Shown here piece after piece: positions 25,827 through 38,479 of a stretch of DNA of 64,000 nt. Under the pieces are notes generated by a model. The model worked only from the letters and a program-made list of their open reading frames with translations, did no database searches and was not told the origin of the DNA. Source of the DNA: Phallusia mammillata (lineage: Eukaryota); the NCBI GenBank assembly GCA_965637545.1, contig OZ281496.1, positions 14,384,001 through 14,448,000 of the forward strand. The letters are read 5' to 3'. Each line of letters starts with the position of its first letter. Positions within the stretch are counted from its first letter, which is position 1. Both the position numbers and the translations under genes were made by a program.

Positions 25827-25967
25827 ATTCTATTTTAATAAGAAAATATGTATTTTTTCTTAATAACAGTTATGCTTTGTGGCATCAAGGTTATGTGAAC
25901 TGATTGTTACCTAAAAGAAAATATGATGGAAAAGTACGAAAAAGTGAAGGTTGTTTGGAAAGGGAGC
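25827..25967 (+). pseudogene. Second SL-headed mRNA fragment: 5' UTR plus NEK8-like kinase start
   Basis: ATTCTATTTTAATAAG at 25827-25842 (15 of 16 to the Ciona SL), an 80-nt UTR, then MMEKYEKVKVV(+1 nt)GKGA, similar to NEK8 MEKYERIRVVGRGA. Cut off by a hAT end. Confidence 0.6.
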
Positions 25968-26021
25968 AAAATATCTATGGGGTGCTGCAACTCCGCAGCC
26001 TACTTGCACGAGCCGCCCCTG
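25968..26021. mobile_element. Terminal fragment of the ZMYM1-like hAT family
   Basis: aaaatatct..ggggtgctgca..gcacgagccgcccctg matches the termini at 46288-46339 and 62580-62630. Confidence 0.75.
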
Positions 26022-26032
26022 GTAGAGCTACT

Positions 26033-26137
26033 GACACAGGACCTCACAACACACCGGTTTGGGAATTTTTGAATCAGCAATTATTGTCACCGTAAACGCC
26101 TGTGGAAATTCCAAAACCGGCGTGTTGTGAGTTCGGA
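26033..26137. mobile_element. Small hairpin MITE with 9-bp TSD (Mutator-like)
   Basis: Inverted arms ctcacaacacaccggtttgggaattt / aaattccaaaaccggcgtgttgtgag. Flanking direct repeat agagctact (26024-26032, 26138-26146). Confidence 0.55.
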
Positions 26138-26591
26138 AGAGCTACTTACACCATAACTCACTTTCACTGTTAGCAAAATTGGGTAACTAACACCCAAAAT
26201 CATTGGGTACTTCTATGCCAAACAGGGTACATTCGTGGGGACACCCAATATATTTTTTTGGGTGATTGATACCCAAACCAACTTGGGTATCATACTTACT
26301 TACCCAATTTTCGTTTTTGGGTATGATGATTTTCCACCCAAACGCTATATTGGGTAGCTGTGGTTTGTACCTTATTTAATGTTCTGGGTACATTCGTGGG
26401 GACACCCAACTTTGTTGGGTAAAGATTACCCAAATAAAATTCTATCCAGCTTTCACCACACAAATATAGAAAAATGTGTATTTAAAAGAACAGTGCTGGA
26501 AAAAAAAGTGTATTTAAAAGAACAGTGCTGGAAGAAAAACAAACAAACAAACAAACAAACAAGGAATTGTTAAAGAAATCACTGCAAAGCA

Positions 26592-28709
26592 TTAAACAGT
26601 TAGGCCTATTTTCATTGCCAATTCTTTGACAGAATCATTAACACCTGCTGTCTGGATACCTAACCAATAGGTTTGAAGAAACTGAAGTGCCAAATGAACA
26701 TGAGGACAATATTCATAGTTAAACACGTAGTAGTATGCAAACAAAGCAATATATGCCTGTGTTAGGCTTTTCACTTCTATCAGTGGTTGTTTTTCACAAA
26801 AAGGCGGATTTTCTTGACTTCTTCTACACTGCCAAATACTGCAATGAATGGCTGGTGGCGATCCGGAACAGCTTTAATGATGTCATCTATAGTTGTGTTT
26901 TCCTACAAAAGTAAAATATGTCGTAAGACTGAATTCAAAGAAGACCTATTCAATGTCTCAACAACAATTTATTGCCACCACAACTTACCGGGTACAGATC
27001 AAGCAGATACCTCTCAGTGCAGTATTCCTTTTTGGTGTTTGACCGAATAATATTGCACAAAAGCCAAGATCCAAAAATGATCTGTTGATCTATAAAAATA
27101 AATTGTCGAGTGAATACCGTTGTTGGTAATATGATGTCAAACGAAAATGAGCATGTAATTTTGACATTTTTTTTAAAAGTTTTTTTTAATAAAACCAAAT
27201 ATCTTACCAACTGGGAATTGCTCTTCATTGTTTAATGGGATCTTTTGCAAAATTCGTTTGACCTGCACAGATGTGGTCTTTTGTTTGGCATAGTTGACAA
27301 TGCTCATGAAAATGTTGGACTGCAGATAACTCTCTTTGTCGAAGCGCTGTATCTTTTTAAATTCTCTAACCAACTGGAAAACAAAAAACAACAAATCAAT
27401 TATAGTGCTGCAGCCGTAGAAAAGAATGTATTTTTTACCATTTAAAACACACATATAAACACATACAAACAACACAATGCCGAAATAGTCATTGTTACAC
27501 TAAGAGTATGACAGAATAGATATGATGGAGAGTTATTTACCTCATTATACCCCGACAAAGCTGGCCATTCTTGACATGCAATTTTTGGGCTAGGATTAGA
27601 AGAAAAATAACTCCTTCTCATAGAAAACGTTTGATCCATCATATCAGAAATTTTGCGCTGATTTCTCATGCCAGCTTGCTTTTTGAACTCTTCTTGCAAC
27701 ATCTGGAATAAAATCAGTTTTTGCTCAAAAAATATTCATGGTAGCGGTTTAAAAACTGCTTTAAGGAATGAGCTATGCTTGGTCACACAACACGGAATAT
27801 TCAAATGTTGCAATTCAAAACAACGCAAACTTACTTTTTTTTTTTCCGCAACCAAAATTTCTAAAGCAAAAGAAATATACATTAAATAAATATACACACA
27901 AGGTATATACAATGTCAAATTCTACCTTGGCATCTTCTTCATTAAGGCCCAAAGTTGCCTTTCCAAGTTTTATAAATGAGGTTAACGCTGATTTTTTTGT
28001 TGATCTGGTAGGGAAGCTATAAACAAAACATCAATTACAACAGATTATAAACTATATTGCAACTTAAATTCTTGTACCTTTCATACTTTTTCATAACACG
28101 TATTATCTCGGTGGTGACTTCCCGCTTGCCCTTTTCTGTAAGTGTACCAGTCCGTATAAGCTCTTTTGCATGAAATCCGAAATCACACATTTCTATAGGA
28201 AACACTTTGGGGACAGTCTTTGTTAGATTTGGACGATCTTCCAAATCATGGTTTGAGGTTGAACTTTCTGCACTGGTGGATATTTCACTTGAGTCGTCCA
28301 AGCTAGTGCTTGAACTTGACAATGACATGTTGCCAAGATCAGACTTCTCAGAATTTGTAAGTTCCTGATAAACTTTCAGCAAACTTCCTTTTGGCAAATT
28401 CGGAAATATTTTAAACAATATGTCAAGCTGACTGACAGCTCCAAGCGCCTTCCCATCAATTTTGTTGTCTAAAAATTGCAGTAGCCTATATTAGCAGGAC
28501 ATACATATTTTTTATTCTTCTCCAAAATTTAGCAGCAGAAGTAAAAACACTATATTTGTGACTGACTGATTTGGATTATGACACATTGGCTTACCATAAA
28601 AGGCTTTGCAAACATTTTCCCGTTCGCTTTCATCTTCGTCTTTCAACGCCAAGGACACTATGTCTACAACGTCTTTAACACTGAGGTTCATAATTTCACT
28701 AATATTCAA
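26592..28709 (-). CDS. CACTA accessory gene: SAM-domain (SAMD3-like) protein, multi-exon, possibly disrupted
   Basis: SAM-like ENKIDGKAL..L..IFP, TFSMRR..WPAL and C-terminal LFAYYYVFNYEY..LQFLQ..LGI. A poly-A run near 27835-27845 may break the frame. Confidence 0.7.
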
Positions 28710-28848
28710 GGTTCAGATGTTTAAAAAGGTTAATTTCCTGTGCAAACAAACAGAAAATATCAATAAAGTTTAAAACCACGCGGCACAGTCAGAAATTCGC
28801 AAAGGAATGAACTTCCTGGGCAAGATTTTTGCCGCGCAAATCTGGGTG

Positions 28849-28911
28849 TGACGTAACTTTTCGCGCCGAGTTTCCGATTTGATTTTATACTCCTAAACTT
28901 TTCGCGCCAAT
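28849..28911. promoter_or_regulatory. Candidate E2F/CRE/CCAAT motifs in the CACTA bidirectional promoter
   Basis: aacttttcgcgcc occurs twice, with TTTTCGCGCC at 28858-28867 and 28899-28908. TGACGTAA at 28849 and CCAAT at 28907, all between the two divergent genes. Confidence 0.45.
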
Positions 28912-29129
28912 CGATTCTTTTTAATTTGTGAAATTAAAAAGTTACAAAAGATGAAAAAAATAAACGTTTTGAAGATAAACTAATGAAGTTGAAAATCTTT
29001 TTAAGTGAAGATCAGAAAGTAGCGAAACGTAAGGACGTTACGCTCATCCGAATTTAACTAAACAGGTTTATTTTGGCTGAAACTGGTTCACTTCATATGG
29101 TTCATAGTCATAAATCATGATCAGTTGAC

Positions 29130-32100
29130 ATGTGTAGTACTAGTGTGGAAAGAATTTTGTTCAAGTGCACATTTTGTGCTAACTGTTTTAAAAGTAGAAT
29201 GGCTTTAAAAAGGCATGTGTTTTCTTCCCATTGCTATGACAATACTTTCAAGCTAATTTGCAACATAGATGGTTGCTCGATGCAGCTAAATGACAAAGTT
29301 TCATTGCGACAACACATTAGAAGATGGCACTGCGGGAAGTCCTGGCATATGCCGACTTGTTGGTACAGATACTCGTCCAGCAACACTGCCTCCAACATAG
29401 AAGAAATTACCGTTCCAAATGACACACCAATGGAAGAAGAAACTGGTTCATGTGGTAGTGATTGTGACACTACTACTTGCAGTGATGCAGCTTGTGAAGA
29501 TTCTTGTATTGATCAGGACATTATTACTTACAGAAACACAATAAAAAACTTGCACAAAAGAAAGCAGTTAATGGCTCTTTCACTAACCAAATTAAAGGTT
29601 GATTGTAATTTGACTGAGTCGGCTTTACATTTAGTAGAAACGTGGGCAGAAGGCCTACTAGAAGAGAGTATTCGAACTATAATAGGAGGAATTAAGGCAA
29701 CGCCACCATTGTCTTCAAGCCATAAGGAGTTATTTCAACTCGCAATGGGATTAGCCAACCCCTTTCATGATATTGTGACTGAATATCAAAGAAAAAAACT
29801 TCTTCCAACATAGGTGGTGTACTGACCCAGTGGGTAGACAATTAAACACTCCGTGTATCTGACTCTAATAATTAAACTATCGCTGCCTAAACAAACCTAA
29901 CAAGACGCAAAGCTAAATTAACGTTCCCACATTATATTTCAATAAAGCATGCCACGAAAATGCCTCTTACGGCTAAACACGCAACACAAAAGTCACGACG
30001 CCAACGCGTGAGCTACACCCAAGCAAGCTACTGTAACTAATAAACTTGGTAACTTATGTACTGAAGTTAAATCTAAATTGACGCGGTTTATATAGCGACC
30101 AGGTCAAATGTTGTTATGTAAGCGCAGTCGTAAAAACGTACGCCCGAGAAGATGAACTAAGTTCTAAACCGCAATTATTCTTTAAATTGCTTTACAGAAG
30201 TGTCACATATAACATGGCTGGAGGTTAATTTAGACGTGGTTCTTGTTAACACGTTAAAAGCGATACAACAATAGCCTTAAGCCAGTATATGACCAGCGTG
30301 GTGATTAGAAAACAGGTTTAAAAGCCGGTCAAGCTTTTGTGTAGAAAAAAGGTGAGGTTTGACCGAGTTTGACCGGGACAATATGACACGACAATTATAC
30401 GAATTAAAATGTTTTGAATTAAAAAGTCCAAAGTCCGATACAGTGGTAAGTGTGATTTGCCATGGTTGCCAATATTGTATTTTTTAACTGAAGTATACTT
30501 AAACAGACTCCTATACGACATATATTATTTGAATGTCCGAAAGATGGTTCGAAAGAAGGCGTGGAGTACCATTCACTTGAGTATATTTCACTTATTGCAC
30601 TTTTAAAAACATTGCTGGAAAATTCCAGTCTCTATGACTGGGTAAGTATATTTGCAGCATTAGATTATACAAAGTGTGCTTCGTGGAAAATATTCATCTC
30701 TAAATTTAACTAAGATCATCGAATCAGAAGAGGATTTGGATGATGTGGATGCATATCAAAGTTTTTCACATGGAGAGTATGCAAATATGCATCCTCTTTT
30801 TTCTGAAGCAAGACCAAACTTACAACTTTTATTTTACTATGATGGATTTGAGGTTGTTAACCCGCTTGGATCCAAAACAGGCACACACAATATGGGTACA
30901 ATAAGCAGTTTTGTTTGTTGTATTTCGCATTCAAGTCTTTTTTGTTTCTCTTTCAAGGTGCAATATATTTTTTGATACTCAACACTCACCCCAAACTTAC
31001 ATCAGCTGTAACTAGAATTTTTCTCAGTACCCTATTTTATACTAAAGATTTAAAACACCCTCAGATTGGTTGGGAAAAAATTTTGCAGCCACTTAATCAG
31101 GACATAAAGCAACTTGAAACAGTAAGTAAAATGTAGTGACAACTGTAACTTAATGTATATATATTTCTGTGTGTGTGTTTTGCAGATGGGTGTTCAGTTC
31201 AATTATAAGGGTTCAGAAGTGACTGTTCGAGGGACAGTTGCACAAATATCATTGGATAATTTAGCTGCACACTCCTTTCTAGGCTTTACCGAGCGATTTT
31301 CAGGGTTAAATACATTCGTATCAAGATACTGTACGTGCACTGGAAATGACATTCAGACAAAGGTAAAAGGCTTTTTATGTGTTGCTTATTAAGTAAACTA
31401 TTATAAAAACTTTTCGTTTGCAAAGTGTTTAAATTTGTTAGCATAAAGTGTTCTCCAAATGTTTTAAACAGAATTCCTACAAACAATGTCAACTACGAAC
31501 CCCAGAAATGTACAACGAGTCAGTAGTAGTAGCACAGGCAACAGGGAAACCTCATCACGGTATAAAATTTCGATGTCCATTGTTATCTCAGTATTTTCAC
31601 CCAGCAGAAAATTATGCTGCTGATGTCCATCATGATTTATTTGAGGGTGCAATTCCATACATTCTTAAACTAACTTTACAGGTAGTTCGATTGTTAGCAT
31701 ATAATCATGAGTACATCTTGCCCTAAACTTTTTTTTCTTTTAAACAGAATCTGGTAATTAAAAAAAGACTGTTAAGTCTTGATTGTCTGAATAACAAAAT
31801 TGATTGCTTCAAGTATGGTATTGACCTAAAAAACAAACCATCTCATATTTCTTATGGCAAGTTGATTGATGATTCAAACAAAAATTTGCGCCAAATCGGT
31901 ATGACATGTGTGTATGTTTGTTCAACCTAGTTTATTTTTGCTGTATTTGTTGTTTTGTCAGCATCACAATATTGGTGTCTATTCCGATGTTTGCCAATGT
32001 TGATTGGAAGCTACATTCCTGATGAAGATGAAGTTTGGGAGTTATATACAATGTTTTGTGGAATTGTTGACATATGTTGCGCACCATTTGTTTCTGGGAC

Positions 32101-32830
32101 CACAGTAACTGAACTGGAGTTAGAATTGCAAAGTTTTTTTAAAATGTTTCATGCCAGGTATCCTGATGCAACAATTACGCCAAAATTGCATTTTTTACTA
32201 CACTATCCAAGATTAATTAAAAAAATTGGTCCTCTAATACATTTTTCATGCATGAGATTTGAGGCCAAGCATAAAAGTTTAAAGCAAATTGTCACCAGGA
32301 GTAACAATTACATTAATGTTCCACACACCATTGCTGTCCAGCATCAAGTGAAATTAGCATCAAATATTATTGAAACTGACATATTTTCATGCTCTTTCGA
32401 AATTAAAAAGTTTACAACTGTAAATTCACGTGATGTGTTTGGATCAAGTAGTAGCCCCACTGATGAAACTTATGTTAAAAAAACTGACAACCTCGTATTT
32501 GAAGGGATAACATACTCTGTACCTTGTGTTGTATGTGTACATGTTTGTTCTGATGGGGTGACAGATTTCCTGTCAGTAGATGCTGTTTATTTGAGTTCAT
32601 CATGTGGTCCAATACTTGTAGGGCAGTTGCTTTGTGTTAATTATTACAATGAACATTATCATGCATGGTCCGTAGAACCCACATCAGTGAAAGCGTATGT
32701 TCTTCAAAAAAAATTATTTTATCCTCACCCTTTGTGCATAGTTTCCCCATTCGGTGTATTTGAGAAATTTGTGTGTCCAAAATTTAGATTAGAGCCATTG
32801 AAATGTTCTGCCTGTATGTATTTGAGTTAA
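29130..32830 (+). CDS. CACTA/EnSpm transposase with N-terminal C2H2 fingers, multi-exon
   Basis: YYDGFEVVNPLG, DNLAAHSFLGFTERF, DVHHDLFEG, ITPKLHFLLHYP, SCMRFEAKH. Most introns join in phase. An in-frame TAG at 29811-29813 precedes an unexplained ~690-bp interval. Confidence 0.85.
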
Positions 32831-33261
32831 CTGAATTGTGTGGAAATAAAAAAAATATTTTAGGATCATGGTTGCCATGTGGGAGAAACAATGGTTGTGA
32901 TTTTGCATTAGTTTGCTGCAGCTGCAATAACAGACATTTTTTGGTTAGCAATACCCAAGTGTCTGAAAATACTAACGATTTTTTTTGGGGTACCTGTTGA
33001 CCATACCCAAACTATTTTTTGGGGTACAAAACCTGAGCTGAATATTTGGGTAAAAAAGCCGACTACCCAAAAAAAACTTCTCACACAATTGGGTGGTACA
33101 ATTTTCTACCCAATGTTTAATTGAAGTTATTTTGGGTAATCATACTACCCAACTATACTTGGGTGAATTTTAACGATACCCAAAATATTTCCGCACTTTT
33201 TTGGGTAAACAAACACACTACCCAAAACTTTAAAATTTTGTACCCAACATTTTTGACAGTG

Positions 33262-33480
33262 TTCGATAGGTGACGCAGGAGCTGAATTATTTATTTAGCG
33301 GCTGAATGGGGGTAAGGTGGGGAAGTAAGGTTTTAAAATTTTACATTAATAAGTAAATGTTTGGGTTATTTTCATTGAATTTTTGATCATAATACCTAAC
33401 CCCAACAGCCCTAACCGTAGGCATGGTTTGAGATATACCGTTTTCAATCGGATATGTGCTCTTTGCGCCACCTATCGAAA
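33262..33480. mobile_element. MITE with TIR ttcgataggtg(a/g)cgca
   Basis: TIRs at 33262-33277 and 33464-33479, internal cctaacc motifs. The CACTA element sits at the tip of its left TIR. Confidence 0.75.
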
Positions 33481-33865
33481 ATTTGCTGAATGTGCGGCTG
33501 AAGTGAATTATGGTGTTAGTAGATTTTGCTGTGAGTTTTTGTGTTAGTAGCTCTACCATCAAATTATACGTTGTTATTTGAACTGTCGCGAGAAACTACA
33601 TTAACGGTGCGACTTAAAGTCCAGAAGTATGGCAATAAACTGTGGACCTAGCATCAAGGCAAACAACACACAGGCATACATCTGGAACCTGTCCTACAAA
33701 TGAGACTATGGGCGCTAATGGGTTTAACTAATCACTTGGATTGACATTGCAACCCTTTTTGGTGTGTTCGTAAAAGTGAGGAGATTTTGGCTACTTGTCG
33801 TGTGTGGCCTCGTAATTCACAGGCATGTTGCTTTACCATTGCGACAAGCTTGATTGATTCGTTAC

Positions 33866-35960
33866 CAGTGGCGGCTCGTGCCTGACATTTCTGGGGGTGC
33901 TGCTCCAAATTTTAACCTTTATTTAACATATATAAGTTGGCAATATATAGAAAAGCCACATTTCTAGATTTCCAGCCATTGTTTGTGTAGAAAAACGAGT
34001 AATACAAATCTTAATTAGTAACTCCATTGTAACGTAATTTTCGTTACGCATTAATGTACACGAGTGTAAACAGCAGACAGTGTATCACTGGGGAGTTTTG
34101 TTTACTTGCATGGCAACGGGCCAAACTCAACAACATGCGGTAATAATGTGGCACAAAAACACACGTGACACAGATTCAAAATAAAGCGAATGTTAATACG
34201 GCAAAACACTCACAACAATATATTGAACAAAATAGTAATAATTGGTCGAAAAGTATTTCAGTTAGACAACATTTAAGAATAACTGGTTATAACAATGACC
34301 ACTAAGTAACACACCTGCTATTCAGTCATTAATATGGTCATGTTTCATTTGAGTAACTTATAGTCACAGTCATTGTTTCAACGCATCTTTTTGACACTTC
34401 ACAGATTATTGCCACACAAAAAACTAGCCACAAATTTTTATTGGTATCATAACTGACAAATTTTACAACCACATTACATTTGTGCCGGAACTTGGTTATT
34501 TAAACATATTTTCTTTAAATTTTTGTGTACAGACTAACAATTGTCTTTCAGTTTGCTTATAATTTCCTTTTTTAAAGTGCAATACTCCTCCAAGCTTTTA
34601 AATTTACAACAATCTCACGTAAATTTGACCCATATGATGAAACCTTGTGCTTCCTTTTTACAACCAAAATGAATCAGAAAGTTATAGTTTGGGCAAAATA
34701 ATTGATAGCTAAGAAACTGTTTGTTTCAATTTAGTGCTAGCACTGCAAATACAAGTTATTTGGTGTCCTTAGAAAAGCTTGCATCCTTTTCAGTGTTGAA
34801 AAGAACCGTTTTGCCTTAAGGACTCATGGAAATTGCAAAAAGGATTTTTCATCTTAGTAATTTAACTTGTCAAAACATCATCGAGATTATTTTCAAAGTA
34901 ATCATGAACATCAGATCTACAGAAACATCTTTATTTCAGTAACTAGCTTTTCTTTGTCAACAATAGGATATGCTTGGTGGCCACTACTATCTCCTCTGTA
35001 GAATGTTCATTCTTAAGAAACACTTCCTGTGAAGCAATTTTGCAGCTACTGTTTAGAGAAACAGTACATGTCCAGTATATCAATACACATGATTGCATTT
35101 GGTTGCAAATACTGTCCACATGGTGTGTTAAGAAGCCAAAACTTTAAATGGTAATCACTCAGTTATTTCAAAATTCCTGTTGGTTCTGCATTTGATATTG
35201 CCTGAATTTCAGTGAGGCATTTAACTTCACAGTCACAGAGCTATTTTTCTTTGGTAGCATTCAGAACTAAAACTGAGTATTTCTTGTTGTTGCCTATTCC
35301 TGCATGACATATTTGGAATAGCAGATGTTTTATCCCATTCTGTCTTAAAACTTTTTAATTCAGTTATTTATTATCAATGTTTATAATAATGTATTTATCA
35401 TAAAGGTTAATCGTGATAACTGCAAAAACTGAAGCCCACTAACAGTCATCTTAAAAAGTCACGACTAACCTTCAAACAAATAAATTGATAGATGGCAAAA
35501 TAGTTATTTAACTATACTCACTGCCGAACTTAAGAACATAGTACACGGGTTTTGCTTTGGCACACAATAAAACCCGGAACAGACGAATACATGTTGGATT
35601 GCCGGCTCACACGCTACGTGATTAATGGAGCTGCGCCAGCCGCAGCACCCTGTCGCCTATTTCGCCCGGCATGTAGCTTTTCCAAGTGCGCACAGCGACA
35701 AAACGTCACGAAACTGGAACTGCAGCTTACTTATTCAGCATAGATCACTTATTAGTTTCATATTTTTTTAAAAAGGTGATCAAGGGGCAAATTATGCTTA
35801 TCATATATTGCCAACGAATAAAAAAATAAAAGTTGTATGTAATATTATAGTAGGAGGTAAAAATAGGTAAAGATAAAAATAAAAAATAAAATAAAAATTA
35901 GGTAAAAATACACAAAATAAAAAGCTATTCACTAAACCTATTTACCAGGTGTATTTAAAA
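33866..35960 (-). mobile_element. Degenerate ZMYM1-like hAT element
   Basis: Terminus cagtggcggctcgtgc at 33866. Eroded dimerisation motif near 34760-34830. Segments 35020-35090 and 35540-35870 are homologous to 45240-46290. Confidence 0.6.
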
Positions 35961-36961
35961 AATCTGTGCGTGAAAAGAGCAGGTGGGGCTATACCACTAT
36001 GCCAAAGAAAGTTGGTCGTGGTAATACATATTCCAGATGTTGAATCCAGGGCGAGTGACTTACAAATAAAAGAAGCACTCAAGGGTATATAAATTTTGGA
36101 CGGATATTACGTATGACTGCCCTTTAATCTTCAAAATTCCCAAAATCTGCAGTTAAATTTTACAGCACAATTTTGATGAATATCATGCATAAATGTCACC
36201 ACATTGATGACAAAAATGGTGCCTTACATCAAAACAAACTGAACCCAGTTGCAATTTTAGGCCACCCTGTAATATTTCTTGTAACCAGAAAGGTGACTTT
36301 CCTATACATTTCAATTTTATATGTTGGTACCCCTTCTTATCACTTTACTATATACACCATTAGATTGTTTTTGCAAGCAAAAACGAATGGGTCCCCACAC
36401 CTGTGTTTAAAAAGCGATTTAGTCATGGTAAACAATTCTTTATTTTTAGATTCCTTTTTTAAAAGGACAAATCAGTAGAAAGCATCAACTCAAACATTAA
36501 AAGGTTTTGTCCTGTTGACATTGTATTGTCACATATATACAAAAGTAGTAAAAAAACCCATAAAGAATACTCCCAATCTGTTTACATTTCAGCACACAAG
36601 GGCTTGTATTGATTACCTAACACTGGAAAAGCTAAATCAATTTTTTGAGAGTTTAAGGGGTAAAAAATGGGTGAATCCAATTCAAAGTTACAAAATTCTT
36701 TAGAATACCTTACATTGCACAAACCAACAAAGCATGAAACTCCTAGATCATATACTTTAGTCAGAATAGCCATTTAAATACAAATGTTTTGGGGGTCCTG
36801 TAGGTGAACCGCTGGGTCATTTGGTGTCGAACTTTAAAGAGGATCAAGCTTGGATCATTACCTTACATCTGTGTAAATTTGAAGCACTTTTTCTCAACCA
36901 AATGCATTAACAAACCAGCATTAGACAGAAGAAAGAAAACATTACAAAGAAAAACAATAAA

Positions 36962-37270
36962 CTATACAAAACTATCCATATAATTAACAAAACCATCTCC
37001 ACAGGCAATTACTTCTATCATTGAGTTGGACATTTTTTCAAAGGTATTAATATGCACAGGAATCGTTATTGTCAATGAACATGTGCTCACAGTAGGCAAA
37101 CAGTTGCATTTGGTACCATTCTGTGATGTCATGCACCCATGTTTAAACTCAACGGTAACATCATGTGGAAGCCCAAGTGAAGGTTTTCCGGCAAATCCAG
37201 TGAAGAACTTGATGAATTCCTTAAATGACACTGGTGACTTTTCTGTGATAAAAACACAAATTAATCGGTT
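36962..37270 (-). pseudogene. HECT-like (G2E3-type) E3 ligase C-terminal exon
   Basis: FIKFFTGFAGKPSLGLPHDVTVEF..LPTVSTCSLTITIPVH..M.EVI.CGDGF matches the G2E3-like HECT C-lobe with the catalytic STC. Upstream exons are eroded. Confidence 0.65.
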
Positions 37271-38479
37271 TTGTGGTGAACTATTGTAATGTATGTAATA
37301 ACATACAATTTCAATCATCTTTCAGCATACCGTCATAATAGCATGATTTCATAAGGTCCAAAAACACTTTGTTGCATAACATTAGCAAACGTTTTAGAAT
37401 CCTTGGGTATATCTTTGTGTTTGTTAAGAATATGACTTTTTAACCCCAAAACAACCACCTTACATATACACACTGACTCCCCGTAAAAGTCTTATAATTT
37501 GCTAACTTCTGTCTTTTTGCAAAACTATCGTAGAAAAGTCTTCTCTAAAATACCTGGATGCTTCTTTCTACGACGTGTTGCATTGGTAAACATGTCACTA
37601 CAAAATGGACATCGTCTGACTTTCCTCCCAGAGTTTTGGACCCTAAATTGCGTACATCCTATTTAGCCCATCTGCTTGTGTGACAATTTACAAAAAAATT
37701 CTGATGAATTTATGTGACAGGAACAACAATATAACCAGTTTACCTCATTAAATTAGACTATGCGAAGTGATCCGTATAATAATTTTGAAATTCTGAAATA
37801 CTTTTAAAGATATATAGCAGCTCAATATCCACAGTTTACCTTCCATGAAACTGTGAAGCACTACCGCTGCTGGAAAACCTTGCTGGTTTGTGTCCAATAT
37901 GATGTGATCTGTATGATTATAGCAAACACAATTAACATTACAAAATTCTGTGATAAAAACATAGAACTACAGTTTACATTATACGCGACAGATAAGCACT
38001 ACTACTTCTAAAACACCTTGACTGTTTGTGTCCAAAACGAAGTGATTTTCATGATTACAGGAGACACATTTAACATTCTAAGTAGCAAAGTATCCACAGT
38101 TTACCTTCTTAGAACATGAAGAACTGACGCTAAAAAATCTTTATAATAAAACTTTAGACTGTATCTGCTATTGACATAAAGTTATAAATAACTCTATCGC
38201 AACCATTTTACCTGTGTGCAAATGAAGAGGCACTGCCTGCTGCTTCAAGATATATTTAGGCCATTATAACTATCATATCTTTATAATACAAACCCGTTAA
38301 TCTGGATAGCTTGTTTTTTTTTTGCATTACTTCTTTGTAAATTGGTATATATATCTAAACCTTCACATGTTATTACAGGTACAAATACCATAAAAATAAA
38401 GTCATGTTATAACTTCACTAAACAAACTACCTCAACGTATTATTATCACCGGTATCTGACCAGCTAAAATGAACCTACC

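Larger units (their letters stand above)
26165..33261. mobile_element. Near full-length CACTA/EnSpm (CMC) DNA transposon, ~7.1 kb
   Basis: Termini CACTGTTAGCAAAATTGGGTA / TACCCAACATTTTTGACAGTG (16 of 21 match), 2-bp TT TSD, many subterminal TACCCAA/TTGGGTA repeats at both ends, two divergent multi-exon genes. Confidence 0.9.

Noticed and set aside
26478-26565. Tandem 32-bp duplication and (AAAC)n tract
   Set aside because: Ordinary slippage repeats in the CACTA subterminal region.
33490-33860. Possible continuation of the NEK8-like copy (RCC1-like TMGANG)
   Set aside because: No sustained frame, and no poly(A) or matching TSD.
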